Part shown: in pieces, positions 41,386-56,499 of the stretch | Numbering within the stretch: position 1 is the stretch's first letter | Layout: each line of letters begins with the position of its first letter | NCBI RefSeq assembly: GCF_006345805.1 | Contig: NC_043017.1 | Coordinates: forward strand, 26,102,001-26,166,000 | Length of the DNA: 64,000 nt | Direction: 5' to 3' | DNA from: Octopus sinensis | Lineage: Eukaryota | Notes under the pieces: model-generated | The model's input: the letters and a program-made list of their open reading frames with translations, nothing else | Told to the model about the DNA's origin: nothing | The model's database searches: none | Made by a program: the position numbers and the translations under genes

Positions 41386-41788
41386 ATTACGATAATCTGA
41401 AAAAAAACCCCCAAAAACCTCATTGTATATTTGTCGGTAGTCAGCCAGGTTTACCAGTTATGCGAATAGAAATCAAATATTTACGGAATGGAAGAGATAA
41501 TATCCGGGCTACACGTGTTTCCTAGCGAGCTTATTTGAAAATCGGGCTACGCTTGTTTCAAAATCGACAGTGGTAAATATCCAAGGGTGGTGTATACCAC
41601 AGGCTAAACATCATGCGAACGGTGTCTTGACTAAATGAAGTACACATTGTCTTTAGGAGGCCATATTGTCGATCAGATTGCGTGCAGATCACTGTCTGAG
41701 TGTAGAATATAATTATGAAAAGAAATTAGGAATAAAAGAAAAGAAAAAAGAATAAAAAATAAACCAAAATTATTTACTGGTTATTCAC

Positions 41789-41839
<51 letters not shown>

Positions 41840-42462
41840 GGTGAGGGGGATATGAATAGGAAGTGTGCAGGAAGAAGGGGCAATTCTTGGTGGTCAATAG
41901 CAACGTGTTCTTAAAGCGATGGTATAGATGTAAAACTGAAAGCCTAGAGCTGCGGGCGTAGAATTGTAGTAATGACTAAAATATAGGAATTAAGAAATGT
42001 ATTTTTTTGAAGGTGCATGTGTACTGTATGAACTTGTAGAAGTGTATATAGGCGTGTGTACTTGGAAGTTTACAAAGGGAGTGGCGGTAGGTGTGGAGTA
42101 AGGCGAATTCAGAGGATTTTTAGGGTATGAAAGGTAAAGAATGATAACAAGAGATAAATATGAAATAAGAAATAAGGAGTTATGGGGAATGTATTAGTGG
42201 TTAAAGTGTTGGTTGTTGTGAGGATAAATAAAAGGGAATGTCTATAAGGGAAGGGCAAAGTAAGGGAAAGACACAGGGTATGGTTGTTATTTGTATTTTG
42301 AGAATGGTTTACGTAATCTGTGTTTGCATATTAATATCATGCTAGCACGTTCATGCATACAATCAGTGGATTGCATAATATATAAGACTTCGGGAATGCA
42401 AAGATCGCATCTGTTGTGATAGCCGGCATATGGCTTAGCGTAGTGGACTATGGACCACTTTG

Positions 42463-42782
42463 AATGGAAGCACTCCGTCGGTTACGACGACGAGGGTTCC
42501 GGTTGATCCGAATCAACGGAACAGCCTGCTCGTGAAATTAATGTGTAAGTGGCTGAGCACTCCACAGACACGTGTACACTTAACGTAGTTCTCGGGGATA
42601 TTCAGCGTGACACAGAGAGTGACAAGGCAGGACCCTTGAAATACAGGTACAACAGAAACAGGAAGTAAGAGTGAGAGAAAGTTGTGGTGAAAGAGTACAG
42701 CAGGGATCATCACCATCCCCTGCCGGAGCCTTGTGGAGCTTTAGGTGTTTCCGCTCAATAAACACTCACAACGCCCGGTCTG
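42463..42782 (-). mobile_element. 5'-truncated SINE of the 2772-3158 family
   Basis: High identity to the 3' 320 nt of 2772-3158; TSD ggaccacttt at 42452-42461 and 42783-42792. Confidence 0.9.
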
Positions 42783-43029
42783 GGACCACTTTAATGCGTA
42801 AAAAATTAAGTTGTTCTTCAGCTTATGGATAAGCTGTGATAAACCCGTATTGAGGGATTTCACTTGGAATTTGAAGCTGCAGTATCTGTTGTTAACGCTA
42901 GCTTTGAAGGTAAGGCAAATTGTTATCATTTTATATTTTAATTCCACACATGCGCATTGTTTGTTTTTGAATTTGTCGACTACACAGTATAGCAGGGTGA
43001 GTTGGGCACCGTCTGTGAGAAAAACAGCA

Positions 43030-43650
43030 CCATGACGCAATTCACTCCACCAGAAATTTGGAAACGACTTACTGTACTGCTTGGCATTCGCATCGGAAGA
43101 TCCAATACGAACATTTCAGAGTGTTTGTGTTTCAATGTGTGTAAAGCGTAATCTGAGATCATGTACCGAGATTGATGAAAATGAAACATCCAGTCAACCT
43201 TATGGAGTTTGGAGCGATCATTATTGATGACAATCTTATGCCTCCTTTCATCTTCTCACTCGGCCTCACATTCAACACGGAGGCCTATATCTGGGGCTTG
43301 GAAGTGATAGTGCTGCGCTGGGGGAAGAGGGTAGCTGGTGGAAGAGCCTATGTCTAGCAACAGGACTCTGCACTATGACACACAAGCAGAAGAAACTAGT
43401 CTCGGCTGTCAGACAATTTCTGCGACCACTTCACACTTGACATTTATCCACACAGCTCCCCATACTGCAATCCCCTTGAGTAGTATGTGTGGGGTGCAGG
43501 TGAGCGAGAAACCGACAAAACTCTTTGAACGACCAACATTAAACTAAAGGCAAGGATTATGACAAGATTCGCCATCTTAAACAAGGAGACCGCCAAGAAG
43601 TGTTGCAGGAGATTCCGAAGCCACCTGGAGTCCTTGGTTGATTGAATAAA
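43030..43650 (+). pseudogene. Decayed maT (DD37D) Tc1/mariner-superfamily transposase, internally deleted
   Basis: KHPVNLMEFG...PPFIF...QQDSAL*HTSRRN*SRLSDNFCDHFTLDIYPHSSPYCNPLE*YVWG; 37 codons between the second D and the third catalytic position (here E); stop codons. Confidence 0.85.
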
Positions 43651-43770
43651 CTTACTCTTTAGTAGTTCCAGATATTTATACATAGTTCCTTTAAAATGAG
43701 ATGTCAGTATTATTCTAATTAACACGCCGCCACACACACACAAACACACACACACACACACATATATATT

Positions 43771-43844
<74 letters not shown>

Positions 43845-43887
43845 TTATATGCATTTATATATATATATTTATTTATTTATTTATATA

Positions 43888-43944
<57 letters not shown>

Positions 43945-44942
43945 CATATATATACCCACATGTACATATGTATATGTAACAATCTGTACAACCTGAGCGT
44001 AAAAATATTCACTGATATTAGTGGATACATATTAGCGTGAGGATAAATGTATTAAATACTTAAATATTTGAGTGAAGTGTGCCTAAGGATTCAAAATGCA
44101 TATCTAATTAAAATGAATACAGTAATTCAAGTGGATGGAAAAATTCAATCCGGATTTATGCTACATACGAAAACAATGAATATTAATTACTTCCAATTAT
44201 TTTCTTATACTGTTTTTTTTTTTTTTAGTTATTAATTTTTTTTTTTTGGTTTAGTTTTAGAATTTTCAATTATCTCCTACACTACCGGAACTTTTGACAA
44301 TCATTTGAAGAAATCTCCAGTAGTCTAAAACAAAGCTTGTAACAATAGAACACAATCGAGGGAAACCTAATTGTCTTCATAAACGCTAATACATTTTCCT
44401 ACGGAGTTCGAGTGCAGCGTTGATTTCCTTCTCTTTTCTTCACTTGAAAAAAACTGTAGAAAACAAAACGAAAATATTATTTGAAAAACAGTTTGTAATT
44501 CAGTCTTCGCAAATATATTGAAGGAGAATGCTTTCTATAAGTTTATATTTTTTTTTTTTAGTACATCGCATAAATTTGCACTTAATATAATTCGAATTTT
44601 TTTCTCGAAGACAATTATCAGTCGATATTTAGCACAATAATACAGTGATAATGAAATATTGCTTTTTATTTAGAAAATTGAATGTAATCATACAGAGCTC
44701 AATTGTGCCTATAGAAATGTCTCTTAAAAATAAAAGCAATTCTCATTCGTAAACAACCAATCTTATAATCTCAAGGTGGAAACGACCGTGTTACAAATAG
44801 GAAACATAAAGAACTGTTTTTCGACATTTACATGTGTATATTCTCATTCTGCTCTCTGTCTCTCCTCTCTATTTCTCCGTCTGTCAGTCTCTCCACAAAC
44901 GCCGCCCCTCCACACATATATGCATGTATGTATATATGTATA

Positions 44943-45175
44943 AAGGCGGACAGCTGGCAGAAACGTTAGCACGCCGGGCGAAATGATTAACGGTGTTTCG
45001 CTTGTCGTTACGTTGTGAGTTCAAATTCCGCCGAGGTTGACTTTGCCTTTCATCCATTCGGGGTCGATAAATTAAGTACCAGTTACGCAGTGGGGTCGAT
45101 GTAATCGACTTAATACCTATGTCTGTCCTTGTTTGTCCCCTCTATATTTAGCCCCTTGTGGGTAATAAAGAAATA
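44943..45175 (+). mobile_element. SINE family A full copy (opposite-strand copy at 45487-45685)
   Basis: Head-to-tail match to family consensus. Confidence 0.9.
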
Positions 45176-45218
45176 TGTATGTATATATGTATGTATATAT
45201 GTATGTATGTACGTATGC

Positions 45219-45262
<44 letters not shown>

Positions 45263-45744
45263 CATATATGTATGATGTGGATGCGAAGATATATGTGTGT
45301 GTGTGTGTGTCTATGTGCACGTGGTGTAGTTTTGCGCATGACTACATACACACAAATATATCTACAAGCAGAAATGTAAGTGTGGCCGCTCAGTGTCACT
45401 AAATCTATTGAAATAGTAAAGATATACCAGTAGAAACTAAACTGCCTCCTAAATAAGATGCGAATCAAACCCTGATCCTTTACTACCCACAGAGAGGACA
45501 AACAAGAACAGACAAACGGATTAAGTCGATTATATCGACCCCAGTGCGTAACTGGTACTTATTTAATCGACCCCTAAAGGATGAAAGGCAAAGTCGACCT
45601 CGGCGGAATTTGAACTCAGAACGTAGCGGCAGACGAAATACCGCTAAGCATTTCGCCCGGCGTGCTAACGTTTCTGCCAGCTCGCGAATCAAACTCGTGA
45701 CAGCAAAAAGTAGGTGTAATCCTAAAGCGTTCTCTTCATTTGTA

Positions 45745-46873
45745 CGAGGTGGTATGAAAAAATTCCAGGACCAGTTATGTTTGATAAACAATAAGTTATT
45801 TACTCAGGTTTCAGCATGAACTCCTTCGAAATTGTCATTTTCTGTAAAAATACACCGGTTCTAGTGTTCCTGCCACTTTTGAAATCCAATCTGGGTGTCG
45901 CTTTGCGTTAGCGAGTCGACGACCATTTGCTTCCCGCTCTGGATCTCGACAATGGTGTTAAAACAGCGCCCTTTGAGCTGCTTTTTCCTTTTGGGGAAGA
46001 GATGGAAACTTGCGGTGCTACAATCTTCAGAATAGAGATTGTGCGAAAGCGATACCAATTTGTAGCGAGAAACTCACAAGCAAGGAGAGCTCGGCGACAG
46101 AGTACATTGTCGTAGTGAAGAACCCAATTTTTCGCTCCCTATTGATACGGTCGCTTTCCCCGATTGTCCTCCCTCAAACACTTTAAAACGTTGCAGCACA
46201 ACTCTCCATTGACGGTCTGGGCCTGGGGGGGGGGATGAATTTTCAATACTCAATACCGTGGACGTCGAAAAACACGATGAGCAGGGTCTTGATCAAGCTG
46301 CATCGTTTGAAGCATCCGGGTCACACGAAACATTGCGCACAAGACGGCGAGCTGGCAGAAACGTTAGCACGCCGGGTTTAGCGGTATTTCATCTGCCGTT
46401 ACGTTCTGAGTTCAAATTCCGTTCTGAGTTCAATTCTGCCGAGGTGGAAGATGCCTTTCATCCTTTCAGGGTGGATAAATTAAGAACCAGTTACGCACTG
46501 GGGTTGATGTAATCGACTTAATCCCTTTGTCTGTCTTTGTTTTCCCCTCTATGTTTGGCCCCTTGTGGGCAATAAAGAAATAAGAAACATTGCGTACGAC
46601 CGATAGCCCCATCGCCCTAAGCTTGCTGAAGCATGTTCAATGACTCTGTATCCGACTTCAAAATTTTAACGTGAAATTTCACGTCAGCCCTTTGTTCCAA
46701 CATAACAAAAATCGCTTTCTACAGGCTACATGAGTTCACAAAAATCTCAAATCTCACAACACGGCACACCGCTTCCTGAAGGTCACTACTAGCTCTCACT
46801 CCGCACAAAATCGCGTGCTTCCATCTGCTGGTGCGCTACAGAACTAGTCCTGGAAGTTTTCGATACCACATCG
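45745..46873 (-). mobile_element. Internally deleted mariner with both TIRs, TA TSDs and a nested SINE
   Basis: ta|cgaggtggtatgaaaaaattccaggac ... gtcctggaagttttcgataccacatcg|ta; ORF 45861-46058 YSEDCST/FHLFPKRKKQLKGRCFNTIVEIQ is a degenerate YSPDLAP C-terminus. Confidence 0.85.
46341..46583 (+). mobile_element. SINE family A nested in the mariner
   Basis: 14-bp TSD gaaacattgcg(c/t)ac at 46327-46340 and 46584-46597. Confidence 0.9.
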
Positions 46874-47991
46874 TATATATGTGCTGGGCCATTCATCAAC
46901 CAGTGCAACCTCTTGCAACATATCGACAAAAATACTGCTCTATCGTGAATGATTTGGTGTGACTGAGTTCGTCAATATTTTTTGAGAATCTCTCGAGTCC
47001 TAGAAAAATTGTTCTGTAATTCTTTGCTGAAAAAATTGCTAAGATAATTTATTTAAAGTGATCAAATATTTGCGTTGACCATTATCTCATCCTCTCCATC
47101 CAATGGATATTGTCTCTAAAGATAACACCATGTGTGTCATAGGTCAGATGGGGTGGATGTGCAATGAAAGCGATGATGATATGTATCTTAAAGAAGATGG
47201 TTCTCTGCCTAACAAAGTTTGGCTGAGCGAGAGGCAGCATTTAGCCAAAAAGACCCTGTGTTCCTTCCTCTGGTGATCGGTAGGATAAAGAATATAGCGA
47301 AGTGGTAAAAAAATATCAACGGATGCATAAGATGTTGAGGGGCAAATGTGATATTGAATACTCACACTTACTGAACTCAGATATTATCCGCTTTCATCGA
47401 TATCTCCGTTTACTGGCATCATTAATATTATCAGTAGAATACGACCACCACAACTATATTAACACCCACAAGCAGTCATCATCACCATCATCATGATCAT
47501 CGTCGTGATCGTAGTCGTCGTCATCATCATTATCATAATCACCAGCATCATCATTAAGATTTTTAAGATCTAACCAACAAAATATATATATATTTTTTAC
47601 CTGATTGTACTTCACTTTTAACGCACGGTTTTATGATCTCTATTTACATGAATGCTTAACATTCTGGAATTCAAACGAAACATAAATAACTTTTAATGCA
47701 TACAACACACACACACGCACACATAAACACACACACGCACATACACACAGGTACACACAACATACACACACACATATACATACATATACACATGTACATA
47801 AATAAATATATATATATATTCAGAAAGGCTTATACGTGTATGTATACATGAATCTTTCTAGTATACATACACTAATATATATATACACATACATACATAT
47901 AATTATACATACATATATATAGAGAGAGATAGATGTGTATATAAATGTAGATGTATACATATATATGTGTATATATATATAGATGTATATA

Positions 47992-48059
<68 letters not shown>

Positions 48060-48116
48060 ATATGTATATATATACACATCTATACAAACATACGCACTCG
48101 AACATACAGACGCATG

Positions 48117-48167
<51 letters not shown>

Positions 48168-48282
48168 ATAAGTTACAATGAAAATCGAAAACATTAAATT
48201 ATCGATAGAACATTATCGATTGCCTCACTAGTTTGTCTGTGTCATATTTGTATTTGCCGACAACGTCGTAGATTGTTTTTTT

Positions 48283-48313
<31 letters not shown>

Positions 48314-48321
<8 letters not shown>

Positions 48322-48356
48322 TTCATATTCTCCACTGGAGAATATGAACTTATATA
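48314..48356. repeat. Perfect 21-bp-arm palindrome with a 1-nt centre
   Basis: tatataagttcatattctcca-c-tggagaatatgaacttatata. Confidence 0.9.
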
Positions 48357-49238
48357 ATAAGTATTTATCGATCACGACAAGAACGTATAGATATATTTTT
48401 TGGTGGTGGGTATTTTTTTTTTTGCATCAATACATTTGTTTTTCGACTGGCTGAAACAGATCGATGGAATTTATTGATTATAATATATATCCTGTACAAT
48501 TACGTGGGCATAAACAAAGTCTTTAAAGCAGAAAAGAATAAAAAAAAAACACAATTGAAATAAAACTACAAAAATATAGGTGAATTGTGAAAATACGACC
48601 TGATTTGCTTTTGTTTTGCCGTTCGAAAATATCATCAATAGAACTAGAAAATTACAAATATAATTATTATCGTAAAAGATTCATAAAAAATCGTACATAT
48701 ATTCAAATATTGTTGGAAGCAATCATAAATCATAGAGGCGCCGACCACAAGAACAGAAGAAATAAACTATAATATATCATATACATGTGTGTGAGTGTGT
48801 GTGAGTTTCTGTGTGTGTATGTATACGTGCGCGTGTGTATATAATTATGCCTAAATAAACAAAATGAGTTTGATATTATATTGTCCAACTGACTAGAAAC
48901 AAAACCGATTTTTTTTCATTCTGAAAACCAAAGTTGTCTTAAATAAAAAAAAACAAAACTACCCATTATATAATAATTTTTTATATGCGTACAAAAAATA
49001 AATATTTGCCTTGTAACGCCTGAGATATATATTTCAGTATATTTCCACTTGGGTAAGGAAAGAACTGTCAATGACAATTTTATCGTCCAATTTTATCATC
49101 CACGCACAATTATTATGATTTTCATGTTGTTGATGCTGATGATATTACCGTTCTTTATTTAAGAGATGAGGAATTATGTACGTTATTTACATTATTTACA
49201 TAATTTATATTTGACGGATATTTGTCCTAATCCGATTA

Positions 49239-49285
49239 GCACAGGATTTCGGCTGATATACCCTCCAGGCTTCATCAGGTGTGTT
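49239..49285 (-). ncRNA. Degenerate hammerhead-like motif in a PLE-type short repeat (~49150-49330)
   Basis: cacac-CUGAUGA-a-gccug(gaggguauau)cagcc-GAAA-uccu-gugc; one stem II mismatch; stem III decayed. Confidence 0.4.
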
Positions 49286-49325
49286 TGGGAAAAATCGAAC
49301 CAGGGTTCTCATTCCTATGGCATTT

Positions 49326-49365
<40 letters not shown>

Positions 49366-49370
49366 TAATG

Positions 49371-49394
<24 letters not shown>

Positions 49395-49413
<19 letters not shown>

Positions 49414-49775
49414 TAGCATCGAAAAATACCTTAGTAATGGCCCACAAGATCTCATCCCATTGGATTTCTTTTCTGTTTGGTCCATCTTGGAGACGAGGTT
49501 CTCGACGGTTCTTCATGCTTCAATCGAAGCCCTGAAGGCGAAATTGCGCCAGGAGTGGGCTCCGATTCCGCATGAACAGCCGCATAACGAGTATGAAGCA
49601 TTCGCACCTAGTCTTAAGTGTCTGATTCAAAACAGAAGTAGTCATATCGGATAAATGTGGTAGTGTCATGGTTGCCCTTCCTTTATATTGCAACGCTCAG
49701 ACCCAAAATATAACAATATTTTGCTTTGGCAAAATTGAAAGACGTTGGTTGCCTTAATTTCGGGACACCCCCTAT
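49395..49775 (+). pseudogene. maT/Tc1-like transposase C-terminal remnant with probable TIR
   Basis: QDLIPLDFFSVWSILE...SIEALKAKLRQEWAPIP...LKCLIQNRSSHI; ends ...aatttcgggacaccccctata. Confidence 0.7.
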
Positions 49776-50288
49776 ATATACAGTTGCTACCAGTGTCACA
49801 ATCATATTAGATGTAATATTAAATTGCCATTTTTTATTTCAGCAAGTGTAAATTCTCTTTGAAGAAAGCCTTAATCAGAGACATTAGACATTCAAATATC
49901 CACGGCAATTTCACTCCGTCGCTTTTTCTAAATATCTTATTGTCATAATTAAGGTTTCATGTTGCGTTTTAAGTTGTTCTTCCGAAATCGTTGATTATAT
50001 AATCGACATTATTATGACAATGATATCGATCATATACGTTTTTGACAACACACGATGAGTGACTAGCAAAATCGAGAACAATCTAAGCAAAACAGAACTG
50101 GTGCGGAACACTAATAAACATAACACTGATTTGTTAACGAAATTTCCTCTTTTACAAAGAGCTGTGGGCGAAATGTAGAAAAATCATTCTCTGTTCCATA
50201 GTTACTTCTGGAGAATGTACGTGTCGAATCTACTAATTTAGTAGAAGTAGTGGCAGCAGCAGCAGAAGTAGTAGTAGTAGTAGTAGTA

Positions 50289-50327
<39 letters not shown>

Positions 50328-51167
50328 CAGCAGCAGCAGCCGTCCAAGAATTTGGACCTGGATATTTTCATTTCCAGCGAAATGTCGGGCGTCAACGAAA
50401 AGCCCTCAACTACAAGATGACCAAATTATTTTACAAGGTCTGGGGTTTCCCGCTCCTAAGCCTTAGACCATCACCTAATCACCATTACCCGTTTTGTTGC
50501 TTAACAACAACAACAACAACAACAGCAACAGCAATAGCAGTAGCGGTTGTAGTCTTTACTATTAATACAATTTGAAGTCTTCACGTGGAGACAACTATTG
50601 ATATATTCCGAAAATACGTACACATATCTGAAAACACGAAATACTAGTATTGGTTGTAGCTGTAATGATATTGGTAGCAGTAGTGATAGTAATACATTGC
50701 TACATCCTTAGCCCCAGCATCAAAAAATTATCGATAGATTCAGAAAAAAAGATAAATGTTTGAATCATCAAGCAGATCAAAAACTCCTGTTTCAAGATAA
50801 AGCATTGCTGACACGTAATACAGAAGTCGATGCAGGAACGAAGTTCCATCGAAAACGCAGCATAGGAAAGAAAACTGGACGTCAATATTACAATCTAAAC
50901 TATTACAAGAAATTTGAAGAATTTTGTTTTTATCTCCACATGTATTATATTTGGAATTGAAAATTTGGGATTACGTAAACATGCATTGCAATAAAATATC
51001 CACGGTGCTCAAAGCAAATATTTTACTTAGCAGAGAAAACATGATATCTGAGATATCACAAATGAATGCTTCTAGTAAGTTTATGGAAAAAGGAAACATG
51101 GCAAATATACAACGATATATACAATGTAGAAGCAGTCAGAACAATGACAGCAAATATTAAGAGGTAC

Positions 51168-51204
<37 letters not shown>

Positions 51205-51258
51205 TGTGTGCATGTGTGTATGTATGTATGTATGTATGTATGTATGTATGTATGTATG

Positions 51259-51337
<79 letters not shown>

Positions 51338-52684
51338 GTAAATATATATATATAACCGTGAACTTATACATATATGTGTATCCGTGAGCGTGTATGCATA
51401 TACGTATGTATAAATACATACATACATACATATATACATATATATATATATGTGTGTGTGTGTATCTATGTATCTATGTTTACTTTTAGATATATATGTA
51501 TATACATATACGTGCATGAGTGCAAACTCACACACATATATGTGCTCAGAATAATAAATAAAATCAGTATAACATTAAAGAAATTGGCAATATACACAAA
51601 ATAATTTGTCAATGTTACTTTCAAATATCGAGAGAAAGATGTATGCGAGAGGCTAATACATAGATACATAAAAGAATGGATATGAGATGGGAAATGACTT
51701 CTCGAGAAAAAAAGGTTTGAAAAAAAATGAAAGAAAAACTAGTGACGGCCGCGGATAAACGAAATGCATAGATCATATGACAAAAACAAAAAAATGTATA
51801 TCCTGGAAGCATTCGTACAGAATATAGAAAATTGTTCCGAAATTTTTTTTTTCTTTATATAACAGCATCCTAGCTATTGACGAGTTTCATTTGATATGCT
51901 CCATAAGTATCATGTCAAGAAATTTATCTTTTATTAATTAAACTTAGGACACATACATCTTAAATTTCCAACTGGGGGAACAAAAGAGCAATTCTATTCC
52001 GAAAAAATACTTTAAAAAAATGAGAAAAACTTCGACAGATAATCAATCTAAATAGTGGCCATTTATAAATTCTTGTAAGACATTTTCAGTAACTGGAAAA
52101 TGGTGAATTCGTAATTGTATAAAATATTTCCTGAAGAGTAAAAGAATTTATTTTTTTTATATTAATGTCGAATTGATCGTTGCGATAGCTATAGGCTTAA
52201 AACATAATGTTATTGGATAACACAAAAATGCGTGTGATTCTGTTACATAATTGAAAGAAAACACATCCTATTTAATCATATACTTTATACTTCCCCAAAT
52301 TGTAGATTTTCTTAGAATCCGTATGGTTCCCACCAAAATTTAATATGGTTAATACAAAACAAGCAATTTAATATTTTCTCTGGGATATCATTGAGCTTTA
52401 GTAGCACGAACAAGGAATCTACGTAGAAATTTGCAGTGAATATTATATAAGTTCTATTCACTGAAAATAAACATATCGTCACTTGTTAAATGTAGAAGGC
52501 CTCTTGATTCTTTATTATCAATCCGTACATAATCGCAATCTTATATTCATCAGAATGGTCTAACAATTTTTGTACTACAACAGAAATTAGAACAGAGAAC
52601 GACATTATGGAAACGACTTCAAGGAATGTAAGAAGAAAAAAATATAATATAAATCGTGAAATGTATTTGTCACCTAAATATATA

Positions 52685-52895
52685 TTTCTTTACTACCAAC
52701 AAGGGGCTAAATATAGAGAGGACAAATAAGGACAGTCAAAGGGATTAAGTCGATTATATTGACCCCAGTGCGAAACTGGTACTTTATTTATCGAGCATGA
52801 GAGGATGAAAGGTGAAGTCGACCTCAGAGGAATTTGAACTCAGAACGTAACGACAGACGAAATACCGCTAAACATTTCTGCCAGCTCACCGTCTC
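52685..52895 (-). mobile_element. SINE family A copy
   Basis: Core motif match. Confidence 0.85.
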
Positions 52896-53774
52896 TTGCC
52901 ACCTAAATATAGCTAAGCGTTAAGGGCTGATACTACTGTAGCTTGTAGCTTGTAGCCCCCAGAAAACATCTTCTCCAGCTGGCTAGTAACACACTATCTG
53001 TGCCCAATCAGTATTGCAGAGGGAAGCCATCCTTGCCCTCTCCATCCCGACGTGCGGCTACTGTTTACACGTCGCTCAGTGATTTATTATATAATATAAA
53101 TACAAATAATATAAATTACATTACGCAGAACATAAAATATAAGGCACAGATGATGAAAGAAAAGCAATATGGTTTATATTGATATGGGGAAAGATAGTTG
53201 TAATATATTAAAAATATTGAAAGTTTATTTACAATAACAGTAGAGAAAAGCTGTATACAAAGCACTGGATTTCAAGATTACAACTTAATATTTTGTACCA
53301 TTGCATCAGACGTCGCTATAGTATAATAAATCGATAGCATTTATTATATAATCAATCACAAAATCGATCATCGCAAATAATTCATCATAGTACTCTTCTT
53401 CATGAACCATTGTCGTCTCAGTCGACAACAGAAAGCATTAATTAGCAATGATTTAGATAATATGCATATTAACGAGTTTTCTGCTGCTAACGGTTATAAA
53501 TTGGTACGAGTGAAATCGTGGAAGACAAACAAACATTCTTTATTCTTCGTTTTATCTTTCAAATCGCCAACGAATCATTGTGGACGGCAGCAATCTGAAC
53601 AGGTAAAGTCACTGAACTATTTCTTCATGATCAGTCTAGACATCGATCTTACATTTCTGCTTTCAACTACAAACTATTTTATAGAAATTATTAAAATCTC
53701 CATAAAACTGAAACACGAAATCGAACATTATTTTTCCAAACTATAATGGCGTTATCGCGGTCGTCAATCTCGGA

Positions 53775-54308
53775 GGAGGGCGTAAGTAGATTAGATTGAC
53801 CCCAGCGTTTAACTGGTACTTATCTTATTGACCTTGAACATATAATTAAGACAAAGTCAACCTACGCTGAAATTGAACTCCTAACGTGAAGACGAGTGAA
53901 ATATATGTTTCTTTAATACCCACAAGGGGCTAAACATAGAGGGGACAAACGGATTAAGTCGATTATATCGGCTCCAGTGAGTAACTGGTGCTTTTTTAAT
54001 CGACCCCGGAAGAATGAAAGGCAAAGTCGACCTCAGCGGAATTTGAACTCAGAACGTAACGGTAGACGAAATACCTATTTCTTTATTACCCACAAGGGGC
54101 TAAACACAGAGGGAACAAACAAGGACAGACAAACGGATTAAGTCGATTACATCGACCCCAGTGTATAACAGGTACTTATTTAATCGACCCCGGAAGGATG
54201 AAAGGCAAAGTCGACCTCAGCAGAATTTGAACTCAGAACGTAACGGCAGACGAAATACCGGTAAGCATTTTGCCCGGCGTGCTAACGTCTCTGCCAGCTA
54301 TCCGCCTT
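53775..54308 (-). mobile_element. Three head-to-tail SINE family A units
   Basis: cccacaaggggctaaaca recurs at ~53920 and ~54090; only the last unit keeps the 5' head. Confidence 0.85.
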
Positions 54309-54481
54309 ACACAATTGAAATATTCGATTTAGTATTCTGTTGTTCAAAAAGTTTTTCTTATTCAATGCGTTTTTTTAAACAAATCTTAGAAAATCCATTT
54401 TATACAGAATATAGGAAATCTATAGAAATGCGTATTGAAAGAACAGTTCCTGATAAAGCATTAAGTATTATGTATGTATGT

Positions 54482-54527
<46 letters not shown>

Positions 54528-56199
54528 CACCATGTGTCCGATTGCGTTATATTTGAAATTTCAGGAATATGGACGTCAAGTTTTATAATTTTTTTGCGCA
54601 AATATATACCTGATTAGATCGAAGAATATACTTCTCAAAACTTCCTTTATGCTACTTAAATGTCCTTAACTGTAGATACGTAAAATTAATACACTATATA
54701 CAGTATCTATGAATATATGATAAAACATGTATGTATATTTGGCGATAATGGTGTGGATTGGTAGTATTGAGTAAATTGGAAGAAAAAAATCTAGTCAAAC
54801 TTGAATGGATTGTATTGTTGAACGAAATACAAACACATAGGAACCTCACTCAACGACACAGCCTATTATGCGTGTATTTTATTTTTTCGCTTATTCAGTA
54901 CTCGCATCCTCTACAATGAAAAGGGCCAAGACGTACTATGCCATGAATACTTCAAGATTTTTTTTTTTTTTCAGTATAATATCTGAACTAATATTGGTTT
55001 GGCTAACAATGCCTCTATGTATGATTATATGTTAAGATGACAGTCGTGAATAGATATAATACTGAAACAAAATAATAATCGCAGTTTGGTCATCTGGTGC
55101 AATAACGCATTAACTTTCAAAGACGTAGGGTATATTGACCATTATTCTATACGCATCTTTGCTTAACGTTTGTTGTTTACTCTACGTAACACAATGGTAC
55201 ATAAAGAATATTTACTGTGTAAAAATACAGCGTAACAATGAATGAAGATTCCAATGTAATTATGCGGCTATTTATGTTATATTCAGTTTACTGTTTGTTA
55301 AACATAATAAAGTGCACTTACTAACAGGAATCAAGAACATTAATGAAACAAATGCGAAGTAATAATGAATCAAAAGAGATATTTTATATTCAAACATGGC
55401 GGATGAAGGACATATTGAAATATGTGTAATGGAACAGATTATAAAAGATAGAAAAAGAATGTTTAACTCCAAAACGAACAATGAAAAATAATAACGGTTT
55501 GTTATTGCAACATTGTACAAGAGAATTGTTTGAATTGACAACTTAGCATTTCATTTTTACTCGATTTCATAATTATTATTCCATAGCAAAAATAGAAATA
55601 ATTTTATTTTGATATGTTTCGTTAAAGGAAACAAATAGAAGATAAATCTCTTTATATTGTTGTGTTCATTTTAACTACGACAGGAGCGCAATGATAGGTC
55701 TATTAGGTATTACTTACTAGAAATAGCAACTAAGCATCTCACTCATAACAAGACGCCCTCTTGAAATGCCGAACGGAGGCTAAAATGCAAGAAAATAAAA
55801 CATACATGAGGCCTCTAAATTGTCCTTCAATCTACTACACACATTAAACAATTCATTTTCAAAACAAAAGACACCGTCTTCAAATAGTGGAAAGCTACCC
55901 CGGGTGATATAGCCATTAATATACTAAAAGTGAATCGTCTATTTTATTTATTTAGTCAAATGTACGGGTGAACATGGTAACTGTCAAAACGAAATACGTA
56001 AGCTTAAATCAAAATGGAACAATGAATGGGGTACACCTCTCAACTGTGTAAAAGACTTTATTTACTTACCTGAGTAGTAAAATCTGTAGCTGCAAAAGTG
56101 ATGCACTAGTAAATCATTGGGTGCTGTAGACAAGCTATAAATGGTTACGGAAGGTAGACTTCTATATAATATGAAGAAATGTACCTCTTTCAAGCAGAT

Positions 56200-56490
56200 G
56201 TACCTCTGTTCTACTGCGTGACTCTTCAGCCGGGCACTTATTCCAAATTTGAAAGAAAACTGGATGTCGCCAACACTTTCATTCTAAGAGTGGCTTTGAA
56301 CGCCACCGGGAAAGATTGTCTTACGAATGATCAATTTTTATGGGAAATTTCGTTCAGGATCAGACGCGACATTATCAGAGAACGTCGCGTCAGTTTCGCA
56401 GGGTATTGCTAGCGGGCTGAAGACGAATTTCTAAGTGAAATTATTTTGTGGGAGCATCCACAAAGAAGAGCTAGCAGGGGGGGGGACAAG
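56200..56490 (+). pseudogene. Old RTE-type LINE fragment (same subtype as 25018-25270)
   Basis: ERKLDVANTFILRVALNATGKDCLTN...IIRERRVSFAGYC*R...IILWEHP. Confidence 0.65.
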
Positions 56491-56499
56491 CAGATTTAT

